Shown one piece after another: positions 1 to 7,754 of a stretch of DNA of 64,000 bases. The notes beneath the pieces are model-generated. The model saw only the letters and a list, made by a program, of their open reading frames with translations, searched no databases and had not been told where the DNA came from. Origin of the DNA: a bacterium (GTDB lineage Bacteria; Zhuqueibacterota; Zhuqueibacteria; Oceanimicrobiales; Oceanimicrobiaceae); NCBI GenBank assembly GCA_037446635.1, contig JBBIIG010000004.1, positions 18,943 to 82,942 on the forward strand, given 5' to 3'. A program made the position numbers and the translations under genes. Positions within the stretch are counted from its first letter, which is position 1. Each line of letters begins with the position of its first letter.

Positions 1-1298
1 TTGATCTCGATGTTTTCCACCACCGCCTCGATGATGAAATCCATGGGCGTGAAGCCGGAGTAATCGGTAGTGCCAGAGATGAGCGACATTTTGCGCTGCA
101 TTTCGCGGCGGCTCATTTTTTTCTTTTCAACCGATTCCAGAAAAATCTGCTCGGCCTTTCGCAGCCCGAGGTTGACCATCTCCTGATGGATGTCTTTCAT
201 CCGTGACGGGATGTCGTTGTAGGCTAACAATTGCGCGATGCCGCCGCCCATGACGCCGGCGCCGAGGATGCCCACCTGCCGAATTTCGCGCGGGTGCACT
301 TTCGCTTTCTCGACGCCCGGATCTTTTTTCAGCGCCTCGGTGAGGAAGAATAGCGAGACGAGATTTTTGCAGACCTCGCCCGCGATCAGTTCTCCGAGGA
401 GTTTGGCTTCAATCTCCAACCCCTGTTCCAGCGGCAACCCGATGCCGCGCTGCACCGCCTCCAGCGCTTTGAGCGGCGCGGGATAGTGTCCGCGCGTCGT
501 CTTCAATGTTTGCTTGCGCGCCTGCTCGAAAATGAATTTGCGGCCGAAGCGGTTGCTTTCCAAAAAAATCCCGTGCAGCCGTTTGGCGTTGCGCTTTTGC
601 AGATACGCGCCGCGCTTGAAATTTTGCAACATCGCCAGCCCGAATTCTTCGGCGGCGGCTTTCATAAATGAAAACGGATAATCGGGCGGCAGCACTTTAT
701 CGACGAGGCCCATTTTGCTCGCGGTTCGTGCGTCCACCAAGTTGCCAGTGAGGATGAGTTTCAACGCGCGCTGAATGCCAATGAGCCGCGGCAGGCGCTG
801 GGTGCCGCCGAAGCCGGGGAGGATGCCTAACTTCACTTCGGGCAAACCGATTTTAGTTTTGGAGCTGATGCGCGCGATGCGGAAGTGACACGCCAGCGCC
901 AGTTCCAGTCCGCCGCCAACGCACGCGCCCTGAATGGCCGCCACCACGGGAAACGGCAAGTCGTGGATTTTTTGGAAAATCGTCTGACCCTGCCGCGCCT
1001 TTTCCGCGCCCTCGTTGGGATCGCTGATGTCGCGGATTTCGGAGACGTCGGCGCCGGCGATGAAGTTGTCCTCTTTGCCGCTGAGGAACACCAGCGCTTT
1101 GATGTCGCTGCGGCGAGCGAGGCCATCGAGCCAACCGTCCAGCTCCGCCATCACTTTGCTGGAAAGAATGTTGACCTTCTCGTTTTTGAGATCGAAAATG
1201 AGAAACGCGACGCCGTTGTCGCGCACTTCGAGATTAAACGCGCCGCCGCGTTTGGCGGTTTTCTGAGCAGGCATTTTTTCGGCAAGTGTCTCGGACAT
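1..1298 (-). CDS. Fatty-acid oxidation multifunctional enzyme (N-terminal enoyl-CoA hydratase + 3-hydroxyacyl-CoA dehydrogenase). The gene runs off the window start (3' end missing)
   Basis: Minus-strand frame is open to position 1. ATG at 1298..1296 is preceded by a GGGAGGA SD. The N-terminus has a crotonase fold ([40 protein letters not shown]). [14 protein letters not shown] Rossmann motif is encoded near 250..290. Confidence 0.85.
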   Translation of the reverse strand, partial: MSETLAEKMPAQKTAKRGGAFNLEVRDNGVAFLIFDLKNEKVNILSSKVMAELDGWLDGLARRSDIKALVFLSGKEDNFIAGADVSEIRDISDPNEGAEKARQGQTIFQKIHDLPFPVVAAIQGACVGGGLELALACHFRIARISSKTKIGLPEVKLGILPGFGGTQRLPRLIGIQRALKLILTGNLVDARTASKMGLVDKVLPPDYPFSFMKAAAEEFGLAMLQNFKRGAYLQKRNAKRLHGIFLESNRFGRKFIFEQARKQTLKTTRGHYPAPLKALEAVQRGIGLPLEQGLEIEAKLLGELIAGEVCKNLVSLFFLTEALKKDPGVEKAKVHPREIRQVGILGAGVMGGGIAQLLAYNDIPSRMKDIHQEMVNLGLRKAEQIFLESVEKKKMSRREMQRKMSLISGTTDYSGFTPMDFIIEAVVENIEI

Positions 1299-1320
1299 TG
1301 TGGTTCCTCCCTTATCCTTC

Positions 1321-1500
1321 AAAATTGATTTGCTTTTCACGCAATTTCACATAAAATGTCATTTCGAGGTCGACGTTGTTTGTCGGCTGAGAAATCTGGC
1401 GGTGAACAGATCATAATTGCTTCCAACAGCCTGCGAGGCATTCGCTGAATCTTTCCTCCGTCAGGTTTCTGGACTCGCTAGCGCTCGCTCGAAACGACAG
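1321..1500. repeat. Imperfect direct repeat, copy A. It is a decayed 3' remnant of a GIY-YIG gene copy and shares an 18-nt exact match with the intact gene
   Basis: 1325..1342 TTGATTTGCTTTTCACGC is identical to 1584..1601 inside the GIY-YIG CDS. The minus-strand translation reads ..LEMTFYVKLREKQINF, like the ..FEMTEDV..AREKQIKRW tail of the intact copy. It shares GAGAAATCTGGCGGTG and GGTTTCT(G/C)GACTCGCTAGCGCTCGCTCGAAACGACA with copy B. Confidence 0.6.
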
Positions 1501-1504
1501 TCCC

Positions 1505-1792
1505 TTAGATCCCATAATACAAATCCCGCCACTGCGGATTTATTGACTCAATCAGCGCGATTTTCTTTTCGCGTCGCCAGCGTTTGATTTGCTTTTCACG
1601 CGCTATCGCACTCAAAACGTCTTCCGTCATTTCGAAATAAACCAGCTTTTTGATTTTGTATTGTTTGGTAAACCCATCAACAAATTCTTCTTTGTGTTGC
1701 CAGACTCTTTTCTTGAGATCACTGGTCACACCCACATAGAGCGTCTTGGTCAAACTCGAAAGAATGTAAACGAAATATTGCTTGCTCTGCAT
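1505..1792 (-). CDS. GIY-YIG nuclease superfamily protein (small, URI-domain only)
   Basis: 95 aa: YFVYILSS...LYVGVTSDLKKRVWQH. The GIY/YIG motifs, ~95-aa length and low GC are typical of multicopy GIY-YIG genes. Confidence 0.8.
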   Translation of the reverse strand: MQSKQYFVYILSSLTKTLYVGVTSDLKKRVWQHKEEFVDGFTKQYKIKKLVYFEMTEDVLSAIAREKQIKRWRREKKIALIESINPQWRDLYYGI

Positions 1793-1805
1793 TAAGACTG
1801 TTCCC

Positions 1806-1965
1806 GGAAAATGTCATTTCGAACGCGACGCTTTTTGTCGCGTGAGAAATCTGGCGGTGCACCGATCTTTGATCTACGCAATCACGCTTGTGCGAAATCG
1901 TTGCTTCTATTCTCCAACAGGTTTCTCGACTCGCTAGCGCTCGCTCGAAACGACAACTCGAGTTA
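1806..1965. repeat. Imperfect direct repeat, copy B, a decayed GIY-YIG-associated remnant
   Basis: AAATGTCATTTCGA, GAGAAATCTGGCGGTG and CTCGCTAGCGCTCGCTCGAAACGACA are shared with copy A. The minus translation again contains FEMTF. Confidence 0.55.
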
Positions 1966-2120
1966 GTTTTTCCTCAACCCACTAACAAAAATCTCCGCAA
2001 TCTGATTGGCGGATTCTTCCAAATCGTAACAGCCATTTTTCAGCAGCACCCAGTGAGTGGTAATTTCATCCAGCGCGCCGAAGAGAGCGCGCTTCGCCAG
2101 CTCATACTCGGTCAGGTTCT
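1963..2120 (-). pseudogene. C-terminal fragment of a TetR-family gene (paralogous to the 3' end of the intact tetR at 2823..3437)
   Basis: 1969..2103 is about 88% identical to 2864..3003. The minus strand encodes ..LAKRALFGALDEITTHWVLLKNGCYDLEESANQIAEIFVSGLRKN* versus ..LAKRALFGALDEIATHWVLLKNGRYDLEESANQIAEIFVGGL of the intact gene. There is no N-terminal HTH. Confidence 0.6.
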
Positions 2121-2140
2121 CAACTCCGCTTCGCCGCGTT

Positions 2141-2494
2141 TCATTTTGTTTTTATCAAACCCGACATCTCAAGCACGCGCTGTGACCACTCGTGCGACTT
2201 CGCGATGAACTGCTCTCGCCAGTTTTTATCCAGCCATTGCGTTTGAGATTGTCTCTGCCATTGAGCCATTTGTATTTGTAGGCTGACTAATTGCGCCGCA
2301 TCCGCAATTGCCAATTCAGCCGCAATCCATTCAATGAACCATTTGCTTTCCTGCAAAATCGCGAATACCACTTCGCGATGATCATCGTTTTTCGAGAAGC
2401 TGGCAACGCGGGCTAAATTTGCTGCCAGCCCGCCGAGGCGCACCGGGACGGGGTCGCACAAATAGCGCGAGCGGAGTTTATCCAATTTTGTCAT
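2141..2494 (-). CDS. Hypothetical protein (117 aa), second gene of a translationally coupled pair
   Basis: Long ORF. Its ATG overlaps the upstream stop (ATGA at 2491..2494). No recognisable motif. Confidence 0.55.
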   Translation of the reverse strand: MTKLDKLRSRYLCDPVPVRLGGLAANLARVASFSKNDDHREVVFAILQESKWFIEWIAAELAIADAAQLVSLQIQMAQWQRQSQTQWLDKNWREQFIAKSHEWSQRVLEMSGLIKTK

Positions 2495-2826
2495 ACGCCC
2501 TCCAAAAGCTGTTTCACTATTGCTTCCACTCTCTGCTTAATTGACGGGTCTTGTATGGTCATCGCCAGGTTGTTTCGATTGGGACGAATATTGATAAGGG
2601 CTTCAAACTCTACTGTCTGGGTGGCAGGAATCCAATTGGCTCCCCAAATATCTTCCTGCTGACTCCCATCGTCAAGCAGGATCGTTTCACAATCAGCGTG
2701 CATAACACCGCCGCCCGCCAAAATCTGACGATTTAAATCGACCGCCAACTTAATGATGGGATCCAATTCTTCGAGCATTTCGTCAACCTGCTGTTTTGTG
2801 GCCTTACTTCGAATGATATGTATCAC
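2491..2826 (-). CDS. Hypothetical protein (111 aa). It has a ..LAGGGVMHADCETILLDDGSQQEDIWGANWIP.. core and may belong to a DUF family (name uncertain)
   Basis: The GTG start (2826..2824) overlaps the TGA stop of tetR (2823..2825), so it is translationally coupled to tetR. Confidence 0.55.
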   Translation of the reverse strand: MIHIIRSKATKQQVDEMLEELDPIIKLAVDLNRQILAGGGVMHADCETILLDDGSQQEDIWGANWIPATQTVEFEALINIRPNRNNLAMTIQDPSIKQRVEAIVKQLLEGV

Positions 2827-3437
2827 GGAAGTAACCTTGCGTTTTGATCATTGAAACCCGGTCTTAGCCCACCAACAAAAATCTCCGCAATCTGATTGGC
2901 CGACTCTTCCAAATCGTACCGGCCATTTTTCAGCAGCACCCAGTGGGTGGCAATTTCATCCAGTGCGCCAAAAAGGGCACGCTTCGCCAGTCCGGGGTGA
3001 ATGTCACTGCGGAAGAGTCCCTCGCGCTGGCCCTGCTCGATCAAATTTCCCACGAGATTTAAATACTCTTTCAGCTTCGAACCGCTGTATTCTTTGATGA
3101 AACGATTGCTCTGCCGCAGCTCTAATTGAAACACCTGCGCCAGCTTGGGATTTTGTTTCACGAATCGCAAATGCGCGTGAATGTACTTGCGCACTTTGGC
3201 AATCAGGTCGGTTTCGGCCGCTATTTCCTCCTGCACTTCGGCAATGAATTTCCCCAGCTCCTCCTCAAAAATGGAGATGAGAATTTCGTCTTTATTTTTG
3301 AAATAGAGATAAATGGTGCCGTCCGCCACGCCCGCGCGTTTGGCGATTTCCGAAACCTTGGCGTGATAAAAGCCCTTTTGGGCAAACACCTTGACGGCGG
3401 ATTTGAGAATGCGAGTACGCTTGTCTTTTGTGGGCAT
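2823..3437 (-). CDS. TetR/AcrR-family transcriptional repressor, likely a FadR(YsiA)-type regulator of fatty-acid degradation
   Basis: N-terminal HTH: RTRILKSAVKVFAQKGFYHAKVSEIAKRAGVADGTIYLYFKNKDEIL. A TGAATGA-N4-TCATTCA palindrome sits 50 nt upstream. It lies on the same strand as, and upstream of, the fadJ-like gene. The ATG at 3437 is preferred over the GTG at 3506, which lies inside the operator. Confidence 0.8.
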   Translation of the reverse strand: MPTKDKRTRILKSAVKVFAQKGFYHAKVSEIAKRAGVADGTIYLYFKNKDEILISIFEEELGKFIAEVQEEIAAETDLIAKVRKYIHAHLRFVKQNPKLAQVFQLELRQSNRFIKEYSGSKLKEYLNLVGNLIEQGQREGLFRSDIHPGLAKRALFGALDEIATHWVLLKNGRYDLEESANQIAEIFVGGLRPGFNDQNARLLP

Positions 3438-3487
3438 CGTCCGTGAAAAGTTTGAGTTTGAAAACACAGAGAGACTGCAACAGCAAC

Positions 3488-3505
3488 TGAATGATGATTC
3501 ATTCA
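3488..3505. promoter_or_regulatory. Putative FadR-box operator TGAATGAtgatTCATTCA
   Basis: Perfect 7-bp inverted half-sites, 50 nt upstream of the tetR ATG. They match the Bacillus FadR/YsiA box half-sites TGAATGA/TCATTCA. Confidence 0.55.
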
Positions 3506-3648
3506 CAAAATAAAAAAATGATGCTGGAATGCAAGTTATTTTTCAGCAAAAACTTTGAACCACGAATTACACGAATTGCACGAATAAAAAACGCTTGATG
3601 CTTAGGTCGAAATCCGTTATCTTGCGCCAATTCATTTTCACGAGTGTA

Positions 3649-3680
3649 GCGGAGTGCAAAGCTTAAGCTTTGCACTCCGG
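3649..3680. repeat. Palindromic element GCGGAGTGCAAAGCTT|AAGCTTTGCACTCCGG. It shares termini with the element at 23623..23699
   Basis: 14-15-bp perfect stem, 30 nt upstream of the M28 peptidase start. Confidence 0.6.
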
Positions 3681-3711
3681 GCGTTAAGCAAATAAAACCC
3701 GGAGGGAGAAA

Positions 3712-5820
3712 ATGCGCATACGGCTTTGCCTATTTTTGTTGCTGACTTACGTTATCTCGGTCAATGCCCAATCCATAAGCGGATTCACCGCCAATTCCGC
3801 CGTCACTCAAAAACAACTCGAAGAAAAATTTCTCGCGCTGCCGCGGCCGGAGAACGCGGAAAAATATTTATTCAAACTCACCGAAGAGCCGCACATCGCC
3901 GGCAGTCCGGAAAGCAAAGCGGTGGCGGAATACATTAATTCAAAATATCTCGAATGGGGACTTGACTCAAAGCTGGTGGAGTATCACGTCTATCTCCCCT
4001 ATCCGAAATCGGTGCAAGTGAAAATGCTGGCGCCAGACACCGTCGCGCTGAATTTGGTGGAAGACTCGTGGCGATTCGACAAAGACAGTTATGACTCCCA
4101 CGCGGTGACGGCCTTCAACGCGTATTCACCGTCAGGCGATGTGACGGCGCAGGTGGTGTACGTCAATCGCGGGCTGCCGGATGATTACGAAGCGCTGGCG
4201 GAATTGGGCGTCGAAGTGCGCGGCAAAATTGCGCTGGCGCGCTACGGCGGCAGCTTCCGCGGCGTGAAAGCGCAAGTGGCGGAGGAACACGGTGCCGCGG
4301 GACTCATCATCTACTCCGATCCCGCGGACGACGGTTACATGCGCGGCGACATTTATCCCAACGGGCCGATGCGCCCAGAGAATGCCATCCAGCGCGGAAG
4401 TCTGCTCTACATTTTCAACTACCCCGGCGATCCACTGACGCCCGGCTTTGCATCCATCAAAACTGCCAAGCGCCTCAAAGCCGAAGAAGCCCGCAGCATC
4501 ACAAAAACGCCGACGACGCCGATTTCATACAGCCAAGCGAGTCTCATTTTAAAAAGTCTCGCCGGTCCGGAAGTGCCGGAGGGCTGGCAAGGCGGGCTGC
4601 CGTTTCGGTATCATGTGGGGCCGGGGCCGGCGACCGTCCATATCAAATTGGAAATGGATTATCAAGTGCGCCCGATTTACAACGTCATCGCGGAAATCAG
4701 AGGCAGCGCGGAGCCGGACAAATTGGTGATCATCGGCAATCACCACGACGCGTGGGTGCACGGCGCGGTCGATCCCAGCAGCGGCACGGCGACGGTGATG
4801 GAAATCGGCCGCAGCTTCGGCGAGCTGCTGAAAACCGGCTGGCGGCCGAAGCGCACAATCATCCTCGCGCACTGGGATGCCGAGGAATACGGACTCATCG
4901 GTTCCACCGAGTGGGTCGAAGAAAAGAAAGCGGATCTGACGAAAAACGCGGCGCTGTACATCAACATCGACTCCGCGGTGTCCGGAAAAAATTTCGACGC
5001 CGGTGCTGTGCCCTCGCTGGATCGATTCATTCAAGAAGTCACGAAAGATGTAACCGATCCCAAAACGCAGCAAACGGTTTTTCAGCGCTGGTGGGTTAAT
5101 CAAAACAAAAAAGAATACAAGCGGCTGAAGCAAACCGTCCCCGACACCGCAGAAACCAAACTCGATCGCCTCGGCAGCGGCTCGGATTACACCGCATTTT
5201 TGCAGCACGTGGGGGTGCCGTCGCTGAGCATGGGATTCGGCGGACGCTACGGCGTTTATCATTCCATTCTCGATAATTTTTATTGGATGAAGAATTGGGG
5301 CGACCCGACGTTCGAATACCACGCGGCAATGTCGAAAATCGGCGGACTGATGGCGCTGCGTTTTGCGCAAGCGGATGTATATCCGTTCAATTATGCCGAT
5401 TACGCGGAGGCCATTGTCAAGCACTTCGAGGAATTAGAAAAATCGTTGAAGGAAAAATTTCTGAAAGTCGAAATTGATCTCACCGTTGCGAAAGACAAAG
5501 CCAACGAGTGGAAAAAAGCTTGTGAGGGCTTGAATGAGAAAGTTAAATCTGCGCTGGACTCCGGGGCCGTTCCTCCAGAATTGAATAGTTTGCTGGTGCA
5601 AATAGAGAGAGAATTGTTGGTCGAACCCGGTCTGCCCGGCCGCGACTGGTTCAAGCATCGCATTTACGCGCCGGGATTTTACACCGGCTACGCCTCGAAG
5701 CCGCTGCCGGGAATTTCGGAGCCGGCGGATAAAGCGGATTGGGAGGCGGCAAAGCGGGAGTTGGCGGTATTGATTCAAATACTGGATAAAGTTATTCAGA
5801 CTACACAAACTGAATTTTAA
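3712..5820 (+). CDS. Secreted M28-family peptidase with PA domain and transferrin-receptor-like dimerisation domain (glutamate carboxypeptidase II-like)
   Basis: Signal peptide MRIRLCLFLLLTYVISVNAQ. Zn-ligand region: HHDAWVHGAVDPSSGTATVMEIGRSF...AHWDAEEYGLIGSTEW. SD is GGAGGGAG. Confidence 0.85.
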   Translation: MRIRLCLFLLLTYVISVNAQSISGFTANSAVTQKQLEEKFLALPRPENAEKYLFKLTEEPHIAGSPESKAVAEYINSKYLEWGLDSKLVEYHVYLPYPKSVQVKMLAPDTVALNLVEDSWRFDKDSYDSHAVTAFNAYSPSGDVTAQVVYVNRGLPDDYEALAELGVEVRGKIALARYGGSFRGVKAQVAEEHGAAGLIIYSDPADDGYMRGDIYPNGPMRPENAIQRGSLLYIFNYPGDPLTPGFASIKTAKRLKAEEARSITKTPTTPISYSQASLILKSLAGPEVPEGWQGGLPFRYHVGPGPATVHIKLEMDYQVRPIYNVIAEIRGSAEPDKLVIIGNHHDAWVHGAVDPSSGTATVMEIGRSFGELLKTGWRPKRTIILAHWDAEEYGLIGSTEWVEEKKADLTKNAALYINIDSAVSGKNFDAGAVPSLDRFIQEVTKDVTDPKTQQTVFQRWWVNQNKKEYKRLKQTVPDTAETKLDRLGSGSDYTAFLQHVGVPSLSMGFGGRYGVYHSILDNFYWMKNWGDPTFEYHAAMSKIGGLMALRFAQADVYPFNYADYAEAIVKHFEELEKSLKEKFLKVEIDLTVAKDKANEWKKACEGLNEKVKSALDSGAVPPELNSLLVQIERELLVEPGLPGRDWFKHRIYAPGFYTGYASKPLPGISEPADKADWEAAKRELAVLIQILDKVIQTTQTEF

Positions 5821-6269
5821 AAATCTTTTCCCTTTTTAATTCTAGCAATACCTTGTGTCGCCTTGATGAGATGCCAGACAGTTTCTAAAAGCTCTTTATC
5901 TTTGCTCAAGTATTCGATGACCTCTTTTAAAATGTCCTCTTCCTTTTTACCGTAGTTTTTTAAATTTTCATCTCGAACTCTTAAACCAGATGCGGCGGCA
6001 GACTCGCTTAAGTATTTAGGCTGGTCGCCGCCTTCCAGCAGCCAGAGGATATTGACATTATATTTTCTCGCAAATTCGAGAATAAATGAGAGCGTTGGCA
6101 AATACTTACCGTTTTCCCACTCCGATACCGTGCCTTTACCAACATTAAATTCTTTTGCTATAATTTCTTGATTTAAATTAAGTTCTTTTCTTAGCAACCG
6201 AAACCGTTTGCCAAACTCTGTACTAAAATCCAAAATTTTTCCTCGAATATTCGATTTTTTACTTGACAT
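5817..6269 (-). CDS. XRE-family (Cro/CI-type HTH) transcriptional regulator
   Basis: LRKELNLNQEIIAKEFNVGKGTVSEWENGKYLP HTH. Low-GC gene at the island edge. Confidence 0.75.
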   Translation of the reverse strand: MSSKKSNIRGKILDFSTEFGKRFRLLRKELNLNQEIIAKEFNVGKGTVSEWENGKYLPTLSFILEFARKYNVNILWLLEGGDQPKYLSESAAASGLRVRDENLKNYGKKEEDILKEVIEYLSKDKELLETVWHLIKATQGIARIKKGKDF

Positions 6270-6373
6270 TCTCGGAATAACGAATTATATGCAATTGAAA
6301 AAAGCCTAATGTATTCTCACAAATTAATATAAAAAGGCTTTCCAGAATGTCAACATAAAATCAGGAGGGGAAG

Positions 6374-6673
6374 ATGGCAACCGAAGCAACCATCATTAAA
6401 CAAATTGAGAAAACGGCGGCAGGTAAATATTCGGATTGGCTAATTGGCCTTACGGATGATCCGGCTGTTCGCAAAGCTCAGCTCGACAATCCGCTGAGTT
6501 TCTTGCAGTGGAAAGCGGATACTGAACGAGCAGCAAAAAATGTCGAACGTTATTTTCTCGCGAAAGGAATGCACAGCGCGGGTGCCGCCCCACAATCCGC
6601 ACTACATGTTTATATTCTGCTGGCCATTAATCCGGGCAATACCTCTTCAGGAAAGTTCTCCGCACATTTCTGA
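6374..6673 (+). CDS. Hypothetical small protein (99 aa), divergent from the XRE regulator
   Basis: Strong AGGAGGGG SD 6 nt upstream of the ATG. No recognisable motif. Confidence 0.55.
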   Translation: MATEATIIKQIEKTAAGKYSDWLIGLTDDPAVRKAQLDNPLSFLQWKADTERAAKNVERYFLAKGMHSAGAAPQSALHVYILLAINPGNTSSGKFSAHF

Positions 6674-6733
6674 CCTACGGTGTTAATTTTCCTTCAAATC
6701 TGAGAGAACATCCCCTTCAAAATTGTCTATGTA

Positions 6734-7525
6734 TTGCCAAGGGGAATCTCTCTGATGTCCAAACCAAAACTGCTTATCTATTCTGAGCAACTGGCCAATT
6801 GTAGCTGCTTTCACACTGTCTTTAACACCAAATTTGAAGCAGAGGTGACATACCAGGAAACGCATTTCTTAAAAAAGATTCAGGAAGAAAACGTTGATAC
6901 GGCGGTGGTCTGTTTCTGCTCCGCCCAAGAAAAAGATGTGGAGCGATTGCTGCGGCTGGACGCCCTCACCGGCCCGGTGCCGGTGCTCACTTGTTCCCGA
7001 ACCCTAAATGCCGATTTTGTTCAGATGGGAGCCAAGCAAGGGGTGGATCGCTTTCTACAGTGTACCATGGAAGCTGAAAAAATTCATGACCTCATTTTCG
7101 AAGCCATTCGCCGCGGCGGTTTGAAGGAATATCTGAAATCGTGCACCCCCGGTAGCCTCGAGGCTTCTCCTTACGTGCGGAAAATGGTAGACGAAATCAT
7201 TCATGCTTTTCCCCATCGGCTGAAAGCGGAAGAATTGGCCGAACGGCTGGGCATAACCCGCCGCTGACTGCATAAAATTTGCAGACAAGCCTTCGGTAAA
7301 CCTTTCTCCCTGGTCATGCGCCGTATCTGGGTTCATCAGGCTTTGCGAATGATGCAGCATACCAACCTCGATAACACGGAAATTGCTCTGCAGCTCAATT
7401 ACAGTGAGGAGAGCAACCTGGCTCGTGATTTCCGCAGCGAACTGGGTTATAGCCCCACCGAAGCACGCCGAAGGCTTATCCAACACACCCCAGAAGAGTT
7501 ACTCATTCCCAAGAATAGTCCTTAA
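6734..7525 (+). pseudogene. AraC-family regulator (degenerate receiver-like N-domain + AraC HTH) interrupted by an in-frame TGA at 7265..7267
   Basis: ORF 6734..7267 ends ..AEELAERLGITRR*. The same frame continues LHKICRQAFGKPFSLVMRRIWVHQALRMMQHTNLDNTEIALQLNYSEESNLARDFRSELGYSPTEARRR, the AraC HTH signature. The ORF track splits it into 177-aa and 69-aa pieces. Confidence 0.65.
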
Positions 7526-7754
7526 ACAATGATTCCTTTCGACTATTTCTGGTCTCCCACTCTCCTTTTCACTCTTTCTCGTTTCACTTTTCACCTCTCA
7601 CGTTTCACCTGAAAATCACTTCCCATTTTGAACGAAAAGTTCCCATTTTGATTTGACGGAAAGAACATTTTTTAGTATTTTTGTTTAGTTTTCAGTTTAA
7701 AATAAGGTTAAATAAGGTAAATAATTACAGAGAATAGATTGCGAGGCAAGCCTG

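Noticed and set aside
885-1328. Plus-strand ORFs 885..1328 and 1015..1266, and the minus-strand ORFs 833..1134
   Set aside because: They lie antisense or out of frame to the well-supported minus-strand fadJ-like gene, whose crotonase and NAD-binding motifs read cleanly. High-GC regions produce long spurious ORFs.
1888-2208. 106-aa plus-strand ORF
   Set aside because: It is antisense to the TetR C-terminal fragment, which has clear homology to the intact tetR 3' end on the minus strand. It has no SD or motif.
3438-3506. Longer tetR gene model starting at the GTG 3506
   Set aside because: That start lies inside the palindromic FadR-box operator. The extra 23 residues (MNESSFSCCCSLSVFSNSNFSRT) are low complexity. 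The ATG at 3437 begins right before the HTH.
3591-3633. tRNA-like 3' end (GGTCGAAATCC ... GCGCCA)
   Set aside because: No acceptor or T-stem complementarity and no D or anticodon arms can be drawn. It is a chance resemblance to a T-loop.
7265-7267. UGA recoding (Trp/Gly/Sec) as an explanation for the in-frame TGA in the AraC gene
   Set aside because: TGA is a functional stop for several well-supported genes in this window, and no SECIS-like hairpin follows.
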